Shown here in pieces: positions 10,831 to 23,927 of a stretch of 64,000 nt of DNA (position 1 is the first letter of the stretch; every line of letters begins with the position of its first letter). The notes below the pieces were generated by a model. The model was not told the DNA's origin. It did not search any database and saw only the letters and a program-made list of their open reading frames with translations. A program made the position numbers and the translations under genes. Source of the DNA: Chiloscyllium plagiosum (taxonomy: Eukaryota); assembly GCF_004010195.1 (NCBI RefSeq), contig NC_057719.1, forward strand, positions 14,258,364 to 14,322,363. The letters run 5' to 3'.

Positions 10831-12203
10831 TTTGCAAGAGGTGTAGCTATGTTTTGGGGATCCAGTTGCCTCATGCATGTCTTCATGGTCTGGTTGGCTG
10901 CTGCCATGGAGGTCTATGCTCAGCATCTCAAGAGTTTCTGGGAGAGATGCACGTTCCTGCATTCCATTGCCTCTGCCATAAGCCCCAGGCATACAGGCAA
11001 GGAGTCTGAGAAACAGGTACATACCCCAGGAACCTTTTCCAAAGGAGGAGACATGGCCAAGCCAGGTGGAATGCAGCTGATTGACAAACCAAATCCAGGC
11101 CCCACAGAAGTTTCTCTCAGGACAATCCAAAAGTGCCCCGACCCCATCTCTGACTCTCTTCAAGCTGAGGAGGTCTATTTGCCTCTGGCAAGAAGACCCT
11201 CAGCATGTAAGGGCCATCTGGATACAAGCACCCACTGTGGTCACTTGGCCAATCATCCAGCGCCTAGAGAGTCCTCCATCCTAGCTATGGTTCCTGAGAC
11301 TACATGAAGATGCAGCCAGAGAGAAATGATCTTCAGAAAGTGAAAAGATCTTTAGAAAACACTTTGGTGGCTTGGGTGATAGGGCACTGTACACGAACTA
11401 AATTTGATTGGTGTTGTTTGAATTTCTGAGTAGCCGCAGATGTCACTGTGATAGCATGTGCCTGACTTGTTTGGGAAGGGGATCAAGAGTTACAAGGAGA
11501 ATGGGGTTGAGAAACCCCATTCAGCTACGATGGAATGGCAGAGCAGACTTCATGGGCTGAATGGCCTAATTTTGCTCCTGTATCGAATGGTCTTTCATAT
11601 GGTCCTATGATCTGATAACACTATGGTAACTTTACCTTTACAGAGAAACATATCATTGAATGTGCCATGGGTTGATATGTTGAGAATTTGCTGGCCCATG
11701 TTGAAATAGGGTGAACAAGGCAGACACAGTGCAATGGGTTATTGTAATAGTTAACTCTGTAAACAAATGTACTCGGACTTCTCCCAAGAAAACTAAGGCT
11801 CTTGGTGAAACAGATATTGAAAGTCTATTAATAACTAACAGAATACTAATATGACATCTCAGACATGTTACTGTTACATTACATAGATTGTTGACTAGCT
11901 AACTGACTAACTGGATGACTATCTATTTGAGCAGCAATCAGACTGACTGTGCAAAGAGTAAGATGGAGTTCTAGTGCCTTTCTGAGATTTGTGCAACCAC
12001 ACAAAAACATTTATATCCAACAAACACCTCAAGTGACAATCACTTCAGAAATGCTATTATTTTCTCTGGTTTCTTTACACAAATGCTGAGTTTTTCCAGC
12101 CATTTCTGTTTTTGTTTCTTATTTCCAGCATCCACAGTTCTTTCGGTTTTTCATTATCTTCTCTGTTTGGTTTTGACTATAGTGACTATCAATAAAAAAA
12201 CTG

Positions 12204-12430
12204 GGGGTCAGTTAGTACAGTCGGCTGGATCGCGATGCAGAGTGCTGCAAGTCCCACGTTGTCTAAGGTTACCATGAAGGACTTTCCTTCTCAACCGTTC
12301 CCCCGTCCTGAGGTATGGTGACCCTCAGGTTAAGCCACCACCAGTCATCTCTCTCTCTAATGACAGGACAGCCCTATGGTCTGATAAGACTTATATAAGA
12401 CTATAAGTTGATAAGGCAACTTCACCTTTA
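12204..12430 (+). mobile_element. tRNA-derived SINE (second family); opposite-strand copy at 44933-45128
   Basis: A-box-like gggtcagttagtacagtcggctgg and shared body ggtgaccctcag.tt.aa.caccaccagt in both copies. Confidence 0.6.
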
Positions 12431-12842
12431 CAATACAAACATATCATTGAATATACCCAATTCTTTAACTGTTTTCCAGAAATTAAATTCATTAGATCGT
12501 TTTGAATTACACAATTTTATTTATCAATGGGTGTGCAAAAGATGATGAGAAATCTACCTGGGTAATTATACAGATTCCTGGCCCATGATGTATTTAGTGT
12601 TAACATGGTGATTTTTTGAAATCGGTTGTGTTGATGTTTCTAATTTTAGAGTCCTTAAAATACCAATTCAAATTACTGCACAATGTTCAATATGCTTTGA
12701 ATGAAAAACCTTAGCTAGAATAAAGTGCAAACGCTTTTCCACATAATTTATTCTGTCATTAATTTTTCACCTCTTTGGACATTTAAAATTATTTTTAAAA
12801 TAGATGAGGAGTACCAGAAAGCTAGTCCACCTGAACATGTGT

Positions 12843-13168
12843 TAGATTAGATTAGATTATTAGATTAGATTACATTAGATTACATTACAGTGTGGAAACA
12901 GGCCCTTCGGCCCAACAAGTCCACACTGACCCGCCGAAGCGAAACCCACCCATACCCCTACATTTACCCCTTACCTAACACTACGGGCAATTTAGCATGG
13001 CCAATTCACCTGACCCTGCACATCTTTTGGACTGTGGGAGGAAACCGGAGCACCCGGAGGAAACCCACGCAGACACGGGGAGAACGTGCAAACTCCACAC
13101 AGGAATTGAACCCGGGTCTCAGGCGCTGTGAGGCAGCAGTGCTAACCACTGTGCCACCGTGCCGCCCA
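12843..13168 (-). mobile_element. Young HE1-type SINE with (attag)n tail
   Basis: CpG-rich, intact gggcggcacggtggcacagtggttagc head on minus strand. Confidence 0.92.
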
Positions 13169-13379
13169 TGTGTTGTAACCTAACATTACCTCTTGGAAAA
13201 CTTAAACATACAGTGGCTATGCAAATCTAATAAAGAGATGCTTCTGTTGTTTGTGTAAATTGGAGCTTAGCAATTCTACAAAGAACTACATATAATTCTT
13301 TGAAAACATTTAATGTTTTGGTCTCAACCACTTTATTGACAGACAGGCTCAACTGGATTAAGAAATCAGCCAGATATTA

Positions 13380-14550
13380 CATTTGGTCTCCTTGTCTGAG
13401 GAAGGGTGTTCTAGTTATGGAGGGAATGTAATAAAGGTTGACTGATTCCTTAGTTTACAGGAATGAGAGAGACTGAATCGGTTAGGTCTTTATTCACTGG
13501 AATGTAAAAGAATGAGGAGTGATCTCATAGAAATCTATAAATTTCTAACAGGACTAAACAGGACAAATGCAGGAAGCATGTTGACTGGGAAGTCCAGAAA
13601 CAGTAGTCACAGTGTAAGGGTATGTGGTAGGGACTGAGATGAGGAGACATTTCTTTACCCAGAGATTAGTGGGACTCTCTGCTACAAACAGATTGGAAAG
13701 GGTGATGGTGGATGATTGTTTTTGTAATTGGAAGCCTGAGACCAGCGGTGTACCTCAGGGATCAGTGCTGGGACCTTTGCTGTTTGTTATGTACTAATGT
13801 TAGTGACTTGGATGCGAATGTAGAAGGTTTAATTAGTAAGCTTACAGATGACACGAACATTGGTGTTGTTGTTGATACTGAGGGGGGTGGTCTCAGGCTA
13901 CAGTCTGATATTGATCAGCTGGAAACTTGGATAGACCAATGGCAGATGCAAGTTAATTATGATAGGTGTTATGAGATGCATTTTGGAAGGTCTAATAAGG
14001 GAAAGAGAGACACAATTAATGGTCAGTCCCTTGAGAGTACTGAGAGCAAAGGGACTTTGGTGTACAAGCCCATTGATCCTTGAAGGTGTCAGCACAGGTA
14101 GGCAGGGTGGTAAAGAAGGTCTTTATTAGCCAGGGTGTAGAATAAAGGAGCAAGGAAGTCTTCTTACATCTTTATAAAACTTTGGTTAGGCCACAGGTGG
14201 AATATTGTGTGCAGTTCTGGTTGCCACACTATTAGGAGAATGTGATTGCACTGGAGAGGGGAGATTCACCAGGATGTTAACTGGGATGAAAAGCCTCAGT
14301 TATGAGGAGAGACTGGATAGGCTCGGTTTGTTTTTGTTGGAACAGAGGAAGCTGAGGACAGATCTGACTGAGGTATACAACACTATGAGAGGCCTGCACA
14401 GAGTAGAATGTGAGAATCTCAGGCATACCCAAGAACAGCTGGCATAAATTTAAGATGAGGAGTATTTGGTTTAGAAGAGATCTAAGAAAATCCTTTTTTC
14501 ACCCAAAGGGTGGTAGATATATGGAATGTACTGCCTGAGAGAATGCTGAG
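13380..14550 (+). mobile_element. CR1 LINE RT fragments (frameshifted)
   Basis: GVPQGSVLGP, SKLTDDT, LYKTLVRP, YEERLDRLGLF motifs. Confidence 0.9.
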
Positions 14551-14676
14551 ATTGCTGAAGTAATTGACTGGGCGGATGGCAGTGGCATTTTACGTTTCAT
14601 TATTTGGCCCATTCTTCATGTTTCAATAACCAGAAGTGATTTGTTTTGTACCATGGAACATCAAGACACTGCCTAC

Positions 14677-14802
14677 CTTCACATCTGTGTCTGTCTTCTG
14701 ATAGTTTGTAGCCAAGACTGCAGGATGAACATTCATAAGATCCCTCAGTGTTTGTACAAAGTCCATTGAAACAAACATCAAGAGTCATACATTCATCGAT
14801 AT
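14677..14802 (-). CDS. LTBP2: LTBP2 exon: cbEGF (DIDECMTLDVCFNGLCTNTEGSYECSSCSLGYKLSEDRHRCE)
   Basis: 126 nt, tatAG/GTAGGC, phase 1-1. C-S-S-C spacing like the LTBP2 CSAC module. Confidence 0.92.
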
Positions 14803-15362
14803 CTATAATACAAAACACAATAAACTGAGTTCACGTTTCTTTTATGCATAACTTTGGAGAAACGTAATGGGCTTTTCAACCAATTGATGAATTACTTTTG
14901 TATTCAGTCCATCTTGAAAATGCTAAATATATTCTGGAAGAATTTTGTAGGTATAGACCTAGGAATATACATTTAATGGAAAAATGGATGGAATATGAGC
15001 AGAGAGGTTCAGGAAGTCAAATGCATTAAAATGCATGTACAAGTAATGGCAAAAAAGAATGGAAACAGCGTTTTGGAATGTATAAATAGGGATATGGGAT
15101 GAAATGTGATTATTTAATTCACCCCCAGACTTTTCCCTATCTTGGAGCTGGGTAGGAAATGGGGCGGGTTGTACAGGCTGGCTATGTCGGAAGGGGAAAA
15201 TGAGGGCGGAGTGCTGGTCAACTTCCTGACTCAACCAAGATAAAGCTAGAGGTGGGAAAGGGCGAGGAACCCCTCCTCACCTGCAGGTCACTTGAGGTCC
15301 TTCAGTGAGTCAATGAGTGGCCCCAGAGATTTAATTGTTTCATCACCAATATTCTATCAATG

Positions 15363-15495
15363 GTGGGTGTGGGTGTTTCTGTGTGTGGATGTGGATGTGT
15401 GAATGTGTGTGCATATGTCTTTGTATCTGTGTGTCTGTGTGGGTAAGTGAGTGTCTCTGTATGAGTGGGTGTGGGTGTGTGTGTGTGTGTGTATA
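15363..15495 (+). repeat. Degenerate (GT)n microsatellite
   Basis: Directly visible GT-rich tract. Confidence 0.9.
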
Positions 15496-15496
15496 T

Positions 15497-15822
15497 GGCT
15501 CAGTGGTCAGCACTGATGCCTCACAGTGCCAGGGACCGGGGTTCGATTCCAGCCTCGGGTGACTGTCTGTGTGGAGTTTACACATTCTCCCTGTGTCTGC
15601 GTGGGTTTCCTCTGGATGCTCCGGTTACCTCCCACAGTCCATAAATGTGCAGGTCAGGTGAATTGGCTGTGCTAAATTGCCCATAGTGTTCAAGGATGTA
15701 TAGGTTAGGTGCATTAGTCAGGGGTAGTTGTAGAATAATAGGGTTGGGGAATGGGTCTGGGTGGGTTACTCTTTGGAGGACTTGTTGGGCCAAAAGGCCT
15801 GTTTCCACACTGTAGGGATTCT
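15497..15822 (+). mobile_element. HE1-type SINE
   Basis: Head tggctcagtggtcagcactg...ggttcgattcc, tail gtttccacactgtagggattct. Confidence 0.9.
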
Positions 15823-16009
15823 GTCGTGTGAGTGGGTTTGTGTATGTGTCTGTGGTTGCTTGTGTTTTTGTGTTGGATTGGAGATGCTGCAGTAACAGCC
15901 TGCAGTCTCCAAGTAGGATCAGAGGGTTGAGAGTTTTGGGGGGAGGGTGGGGGAAAGTGGGGGAGTGGGGCGCAGTGGGCTGGCATGGCTCTCATTATTG
16001 GGCTAACCA

Positions 16010-16500
16010 CAAAATCACAGAAATGCCAAGGCACGGAGAGGGTCATTCAGCCCATCATGTCCACACCGGTTCTGCAAATGAACACCGTTACTTGCTGCCA
16101 ATCTGCTTTCTCCCCTCATACCATTGCACATTATTTCCATCCAAATGCTCATCCAATGCCCTCTTGAATGCCTCAGTGGGATCTGCCTCTACCACTTTTC
16201 CAGGTCAGTGCACACATATACCCACATCCCTCTGCTCCTGCACCCCTTTTATGAGTGAACTTTTATTTTACATTGTCTTTCAGTGTGTTTCCTTCCAAGT
16301 GCATCACCTCAACACCACTCACACTGAACCTCATTTTCCACTTAGTCACCCATTCCACCAACTTCCCGGTGTCTTTTTGGAGTTCCACACTGTCCTCCTA
16401 ACAGTTTACAATTCTTCCAAGTTTCATGACACCTGCAAACTTTGTAATTGTCCCCTGCATACCAAGATTCAGATCATTAATGTGCATCAGGAAAAACAAG
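16010..16500 (-). mobile_element. Degenerate CR1 LINE fragments
   Basis: 3' end plus KFAGV(D)/CEVMH motifs on minus strand. Confidence 0.6.
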
Positions 16501-16705
16501 GCTTTAAACACACTAGTTCCAGCACAGCGCATTTAAATACTCCACGCCTGGAAATTTTAAATAGCGGAAGTTAACAAAAGCCAGAGTCAACAATGGGTTG
16601 GATAAAACAAGTAACTGAGTCTGTTTTGGTGTGGGGCCATGTGTACATTCCTTCTGAGTTAAGTGGTCTAAATTATGTTGCATTTATTTAAACATGTTCA
16701 AATAC

Positions 16706-16828
16706 CTCTGCAACTCTTCAGGTTATCCCCGAGTTCAAACCCTTGGTTACAACTGCATCGGTAGGATCCATCCACATTTATACAATTTCCATTGGCACAA
16801 ATGCCAAATGTCAAGCATTCGTTCTCAT
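16706..16828 (-). CDS. LTBP2: LTBP2 exon: cbEGF ([41 protein letters not shown])
   Basis: 123 nt, tttcAG/GTATTT, phase 1-1. Resembles recalled human DVNECLTPGVCAHGKC module. Not translated in the ORF track. Confidence 0.92.
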
Positions 16829-19393
16829 CTGAAACAGGCATAAATACATCCTAACATTAGAGTTGTATGTTTCCCAAATTTTTTTTTTAACAATTGCAGA
16901 AGGATCTAATTACAGAACAAAACAACCAAAATGCACAAGTCTTCTTTCATCGTAAATAGTTGTAACAATTGACAATCCACAAAGCTGACAGGAGTAACGC
17001 TGAAATAATGTGGAGTGAAAGGCTCTGGTGGCAAGACTACTAAGAAAAGAAAAAAAAAGTTTCCTTTGTTATAAGTGTTCCGTGAAGCGCACACTATCAA
17101 GAATGTATGCACTGATCCCAATTGGCAGCACTGCATCTTGGACGTACTCAAAGACTGAAGTCATTCATCCAACAAATAAATAACAGGTTTCTTGTAGTAC
17201 TGTCCATTGTATGGCAACAACAGGTAAATAAGCCAAAACTACTCAGATGACACTAGTTGCAATTCAGTTTTGTTTCAATCACTCAAATAACAATTAATGT
17301 TTCTTTTTCTTCCACCTTCTCATCACTATTTTGATCTTTATTTTGGATGTTCTGAACCATGCTGGGACAAAATTTTCAGAACGTTATAATTTTACCAGTT
17401 TCCAATCCAAGTGCCTTTTTTTTTTTACATGTTATACAGTCGTAGATTCATACAGCTTGGAAACAGACCCTTCAATCCAACTCGTTGGTACTAACCAGAT
17501 ATCCCAACTAATCTAGTCCCATTTGCCAGCATTTGGCCCATATCCGTCTCAACCCTTCTTATTCATACAGCCATCCAGGTGCCTTTTAAATGTTGTAATT
17601 GTACCTTCCTCCACCACTTCCTCTGGCAGTTCATTCTGTACACTAGTGTACTGATACTTTGTCTTTTAATATAGAACAGTGCTTTGCAAAAAAAGAAATT
17701 GCAATGCTGGAAATTAGAAACTAAAACAGGAATGCTCAACAGGTCTGGCAGCATCTGTGAAGAGAAACCACAGTTAATATATTTGGTCCAGCAAAAATTC
17801 TTCAATGCTTTGCAAACATTTTATGCAATGTCACCCCAGTAAAAATGGAGAGACGGGAAATGGAGAGAAGACGTATGAGAGCTGTGAAGGTTCATGAGAG
17901 TGAGGAGGGATTATTGGAAGAATTCCATAACCCCAGTTATTGCTGTGAGCTCGCAACCCCAAAAGCTCATGTTATGATCTTACTCTCTTTGGGAATCCCT
18001 GGTCCACAAGTATCATTAAGATTCACTGCATTATCAGTGGCAGCAGGACTATGCACTATGTGATTGTCTCTGCTCAGAGATGCTGAGAACAATACTAACT
18101 CTGAGCTCTGATCTGGTTGAGATCAGTTGACCTAGTGGAAACTAGAGATGAACTCCCTCTTCATGCTCTTAGGTCATTGTTCCAAGCACCATGCCATTTA
18201 ACTTGTCCTTGGATGCAGGAACTGTCAGCAATGCCGCACCAATTGTCCATTGCTGTTGCAACAAAAAGATGTAGGCAGCCATCTCCTGGAACCACAAGTC
18301 ATAAGTCATGGTGCTCCCATTGTGAGGTTGGTTGAGGAATTTCAGAATGTTTACCCATCAACACTGAAGGAAAAACATAAGTCCACATAAAGATGATGCT
18401 GCTCTTGTTGGTGGAGCTTGTGGAGGAACAATCAAAGTAACCTTTATACATTACAAGCAGTGGTTTAAAAAGATGCACCATCACAGACTAGGACAACACA
18501 AATGTCCAAAAATGTGATCATTTTTAAAATTCATTCATGGAAGGAGGGCATCGTTGATCAAGTCAGCATTTATTGCACATCCCTAATTGCCCAGACAATA
18601 GTTAAGCACATCACTGTGAAGTCACATGTAGGCCAGGGCAGGTAGGGCTGGCAATTTCCTTCCCTCAGGACATTAGTGAACCAGATGGGTTTTTCCAACA
18701 ATTGTCAATGGATTCATGGTCATCCATATTAGTCTCTTAATTCCAGATTTCTATTGAACTCGAATTCTACCATCTGCTGTAGTGGGATTTGAACCTGTGT
18801 CATTAGGATATTACTTAGGTCTCTGGATTAAGTTAGTCTAGTGATAATACCACTAGTCCATCATCTACCTTGTCGTATGTTTATTGCCCACATTCAAAGA
18901 ACAAATGCTTAAAAACTGTAGTTTTTCTTTTATTTTCCAAATCTCAGATGTTAACATAGATTATGAACACAGTCCGCTTTTAAACAACACCAAAGGAAGT
19001 ATGTTTTATAATATTCTTCCAACCAAAAGATAATTGACCTGTAATGGCAATAGTTTTGAGAAGATGGTGACAGTGCCTGGGGTCAGGAAGATTTAGCATG
19101 TGTGTATTAGTGAGGAGCTGGATGGAGATGATTTGAGGCACCAGATGAAACTGGAAAGATGAGGAGAAGGGCAGTATGGGACTAAGAAAAGCAACATGGC
19201 TTAACTTTCCCATTAGCGTCAAGTTATCTGACACCATAAGTCAGATTTGAAGGAAACAGCCTGGCATTTGGCTGTAAGGTGGATTTGGCATGAATTTAGA
19301 AGTCACAGGAGTAGCAAAGGATAAGGGACTGTACAGGAGCCAATTCCAACACATCATGGCTCATCACGGAATTACTGAGGGACCTGAGCGGCA

Positions 19394-19648
19394 ATGGAAA
19401 ACAGGAAGCAAAAGACTGGCCCTTGATAGGGTTGGCCCTCACTTCCAGATGCTAATCTGAAGATCCTCCTTGAGGCAGTAGGAGAGATTGGAGATGCCCC
19501 CTTTGCACAGGGCTATAGGAGAAGGCCATCTGAAACAAAGCAAACACACCCTGTGGTGGCTGAGAACACTAGGAGGTGCAAAATAGTAGAAGATCAGTAG
19601 AAGAAAATAAATTGTTCAATTGGGTTCTTCCTGTATGCAAGGGTGAGG
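19394..19648 (+). pseudogene. Degenerate Myb/SANT-like DNA-binding exon, probably from a PIF/Harbinger transposon
   Basis: Reading with one frameshift and stops: GPHF/DANLKILLEAVGEIGDAPFAQGYRRRPSETKQ...DQ*KK, then a GTGAGG donor. Confidence 0.4.
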
Positions 19649-20331
19649 ACATCATTAGATTCTCACAAGGTCTTTGGTTGTTCAGAGTTGTCCAGGGTAC
19701 CCTTTTTCATTGTTCTTTCATGCGATGTGGGCTGTCTTTGGCATTTCCTGCTTGCCCTAATTGTCCTTGAACTGGTGATTTACCAGACCATTTGAGGAGA
19801 TAGTTAAGAGTCAACGAGATCTCTGGGGGTTTGGAGTCACATGTAGGCCAGACTCAGTAAGGACAAGTCCTAAGAACATTTGTAAACCAGATGGGTTTTC
19901 ATGACAATAGCTTTCACAGTCTTCATTTCTTGGACCAGCTTTATATTTCAGACTTTTATCAACAGATTGTAAATTCCATTGGCTGTTATGGGGGAATTTG
20001 AACCCATATCTCCAGGGCACTGCCCCGGGCTACTGGACCATTAATCCCGTGAGATTCCCATTACACTAGTATCTATGTCCCCGACTGTTCTCTCAGCAAG
20101 GCTCAGATCTGTCATGTTGAATTATGTTTCCCAGAACTGATAGGAGTAGCTTCCTATGTCAGTGAATCGCCAGCATTGGTCACAGAGGCCAAAGGGTTTC
20201 ATACCTCTCTCAAGCAAATAAACTGCCCCACCTCATCTTCATTCACAAGGCAATCCATAAACATGACCAAGAACAGTGACTGAGATGGTGACTGAAATTG
20301 GAGGTCAGTGTGTTAAACAAACCACCTTGAA

Positions 20332-20918
20332 ATAGAACATAGAACATAGAACAGTACAGCACAGAACAGGCCCTTCAGCCCATGATGTGCCGACCATTGA
20401 TCCTCATGTGTGCACCCTCAAATTTCTGTGACCATATGCATGTCTAACAGTCTCTTAAATGTCCCCAATGACCTTGCTTCCACAACTGCTGCTGGCAATG
20501 CATTCCATGCTCTCACAACTCTCTGTGTAAAGAACCCGCCTCTGACATCCCCTCTATACTTTCCTCCAACCAGCTTAAAACTATGACCCCTCCTGTTAGC
20601 CATTTCTGCCCTGGGAAATAGTCTCTGGCTATCGACTCTATCTATGCCTCTCATTATCTTGTATGCCTCAATTAGGTCCCTCTCGTCCTCTTTTTCTCCA
20701 ATGAAAAAAGTCCGAGCTCTGTCAACCTTCATAAGATAAGCCCTCCAGTCCAGGCAGCATCCTGGTAAACCTCCTCTGACCCCTCTTTAAAGCATCCACA
20801 TCTTTTCTATAATAGGGCGACCAGAACTGGACGCAGTATTCCAAGTGTGGTCTAACCAAAGTTTTATAGAGCTGCAACAAGATTTCATGACTCTTAAACT
20901 CAATCCCCCGTTAATGAA
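20332..20918 (-). mobile_element. Young CR1 LINE 3' fragment
   Basis: DLIEAYKIMRGIDRVD...FFTQRVVRAWNALP. (ttctatg)n tail. Confidence 0.93.
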
Positions 20919-20927
20919 AGAAATGTA

Positions 20928-21145
20928 CACTCATTTCTTCTATAATGTGACAGCCATGTTCCTGTGCAATGCCGCACTACACGAAAATCATGCAATACAA
21001 ATAACACTTAAGTGTCGGTGACCTAATCACATTATATCCAATACACATTTTACAAGTTCATGTTTTAGGAACAGAGTTCCCTACTCACCAATCGCGTTGC
21101 AGCCATTTGCATTAATGAAAGACACATTATAGCAAGAACTGACTG
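20928..21145. mobile_element. Tc1/mariner-pogo (Tigger-like) MITE
   Basis: Imperfect TIRs cactcatttctt-ctataatgtg / cacattatagcaagaactgactg flanked by TA on both sides. Confidence 0.7.
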
Positions 21146-22859
21146 TATATTGTTTCCCTTATTGACTCATGTCACAAGATATTTGAGCCTCATTTATTTA
21201 ATTGTGATATAGGATAAGAGGGAAAAGTGCATGAAGGTGTGTGTGTGTGCCTATAAGGGGAACAGTGAAAACTATGTATGGTCCATACTGTAGGGTATCT
21301 AATCTAATCTGGATCAACTCACTGGCAATAACAGGCGATTATTCCAGGTTGCAAGTTCAGTGTAAGTACCTTCAAAATACTCTCAATGGCAGTTCCTTGA
21401 CCCTTACTGTTCTCCTGGATTAGAAGAGATCAGGTAATGAAATGACCCCTGAACATCGATACATTTTAATGATATCCTCAAGGCCTGCTCCACAGCTGGG
21501 GCACCTCTGTATTCACAACTTTCCTCTTCCACCAATAAGTAGAATGTCCTATTCTAAGACATTACTTTCTTTAAGGTCCATACCATTTTTAAGGTTCACA
21601 CATTTCTGGAGGACTATGTTATAGAGCACACAGTGGACCGCCATAATGAGAGAGACCCTCACAGGCTGACTAGTCCAGGCAATACGACCGGATCTTCAGA
21701 GGTCTGATGGCTTTCCAGATCATGGTCCTTGCAGCTACCTTCAGTCTTGATCCCTAATAAAGGTGCAAGTCCTGATACTTTGAGTATGATACCTTGCCTG
21801 CTAGAATCCAGCAGCGCAGTTAGATGTTGGAATGAAGAGCTGCCAGAGGATGAAGAAGCAGCTGCCAAGACAATGCAGACAAGCATGAAGTTTTTGTTGT
21901 AGTTACAGGGCAGTTAATTGTGGGGGGAATGAAAGTTCTTCTAGTTGATAAATGTCTCTTGGTGGCCAATGGGTGCCTTGATGATGACATGAATGAAACT
22001 GATGACATCTTGAAAGTGGAAGAATCCAGCAATGGTGACCCAACTACTGCTTTTTGCGCCTGCAACCCATATCTGACTGGAATTGAATATCGTCCTGATC
22101 TTGCAAATTCAGCATCACTGAGTATGATATACAAGATTATATTACCTTCTAGTCCCTTGCCTCTCTCCCCAGTCCTCACCCTTGCATACAGGAAGAACTC
22201 AATTGAATGGCTCCACCTCTCCTGCTGACATTACTTTTCATCATTTCTGCATCTAGAATGTGAAATGCCAGCTATTACCTTGCTTGCATTCATCTGGACT
22301 CTATTACATTCAATTCATTTATGCCTCAGGTGGGTGAAAACACCCTGCACTTCCTATACACATGTAGACCATTCTGCAGTTCCTGCATAGCCAATGCATC
22401 TGTGTGTCAACGGCACAGCACTCCTCTCAGGTATGTTCCTTTAATGGACTCACTCAAACTGATATTATGGTCAGAACTAACTCCCTGCTGCATTACAATA
22501 GTTTACCATCATAGGTCTGGACAGCACTGGACTGATCTTGCAATCCCAAACTATTCCTGAACAAGCTCCTTCATTAATTCATTTCCCTCATTGCAGATTT
22601 CAAGGCCTGCATTCCTTTCCGTCCTGATGAAATTTGCTTGTGGCAGTCATGGTGCTGGGAAATCAGCACACTGCCTGGCAGTACTATTTACAACGTCTCT
22701 ACCTCCCACAATATATAAATCATGAACTACAGCATTGTACTTGCTAAGTACTTACAGATGAAGAATAATTCAATGTTAAATTTAGAACGATTCTGTATTC
22801 TGTTCATTTTTTACACCAAGTCATGTCTCTTCTCTATCACAGGTTGTGCATTTGCTATG

Positions 22860-23022
22860 TCAGCCACAGCTGAAATGCTCGTGTTTTCATCTCTCGATGA
22901 GAAACTTGTGTGTTCAAGTCCCACTACAAAACTTGAGCTCAAGATTATAACCTGACGCTCTAGTATTACCTGAGGGAGTGCTGCACAGTTGGACATGCTG
23001 TCTCTCAACTGAGAGATAAAGC
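22860..23022 (+). mobile_element. LF-SINE-like fragment
   Basis: gttcaagtcccact...acttgagc...ctgagggagtgctgcac matches the recalled LF-SINE 5' part. Confidence 0.55.
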
Positions 23023-23544
23023 CAATACTCGGAGTAAATTATTACAGATGCTAGAATCTGTAATGAAAACAAAAAAAAACCTAGCTTCTGATATGAAAAC
23101 ACTTCATTGTTAATATTTTTCTGAAGATTCATGTTTCAAGAATTTTGAATCATGGTTAATTTGAATAAAAATTGAGGAGGTACCTGAACCATTTGTTTTT
23201 AAGGGGATCACGAAAGGATATTTCATTAAAAGACACTTCTTGGAAATCATGTGGTTTACACTAAGTAAATGGTCAAGACTTTTGGCTGTTGGATTTACTG
23301 CATGTTGCTCATCTTCAATTAACTGTTAGATTTACTGGAAGTCATCTGTCTGAGCTTGCGGCTGGCAAAGGGTAAAGTAATTTTGGATATTGTTGGGAAT
23401 ACAGCTAGGGTACAACCTTTCATGAAGGGAGAGATTCCCCAGCTCAGCCTCTGAGAAAAAGGATCCAGTAAAACAGCTGAAATACCGAGTCAACCGTTCT
23501 CCTGAAAAACCTCGGAATTCAGATCATTCCGAATGCAAGTCTGT

Positions 23545-23600
23545 GTTAGGATTCGGCGCTCTCACCGCTGTGGCCCGGGTTCAATTCCCGGTCAGGGATA
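23545..23600 (+). pseudogene. 5'-truncated tRNA-Glu(CTC) copy fused to an HE1 SINE
   Basis: gttaggattcggcgctctcaccgctgtggcccgggttcaattcccggtcaggga equals vertebrate tRNA-Glu-CTC from the D-loop onward, apart from CpG-type changes. Confidence 0.88.
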
Positions 23601-23611
23601 GCTTCTGTAAT

Positions 23612-23927
23612 GGGCAGCATGGTGGCACAGTGGTTAGCATTGCTGTCTCACAGCTCTAGAGACTCGGATTCAATTCCGACCTCAGGCAACTGTGTGGAGT
23701 TTACACATTCTCCCAGTGTCTGCGTGGGTTTCCTCCGCGTGCTCCAATTTCCTCCCACAGTCCAAAAATGTGCAGGTTAGGTGAATTAGCCATGCTAAAT
23801 TGCCCGTAGTGTTAGGTGAAGGGTAAATGTAGGGGAATGGGTCTGGGTGGGTTGCTCTTTGGAGGGTCGGTGTGGACTTCTTGGGCTGAAGGGCCTGTTT
23901 TCACACTGTAAGTTATCTAATCTAATC
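23612..23927 (+). mobile_element. HE1-type SINE
   Basis: Full length, (tctaa)n tail. Confidence 0.92.

Noticed and set aside
10756..11307. 183-aa ORF
   Set aside because: Starts inside a SINE, has no recognisable domain or splice structure, and is probably decayed repeat.
15828..16574. Longest ORF in the track (248 aa)
   Set aside because: Runs through GT-rich sequence and antisense CR1 fragments, with no domain signal.
23545..23600. Functional tRNA-Glu gene
   Set aside because: Lacks the 5' acceptor strand and most of the A box.
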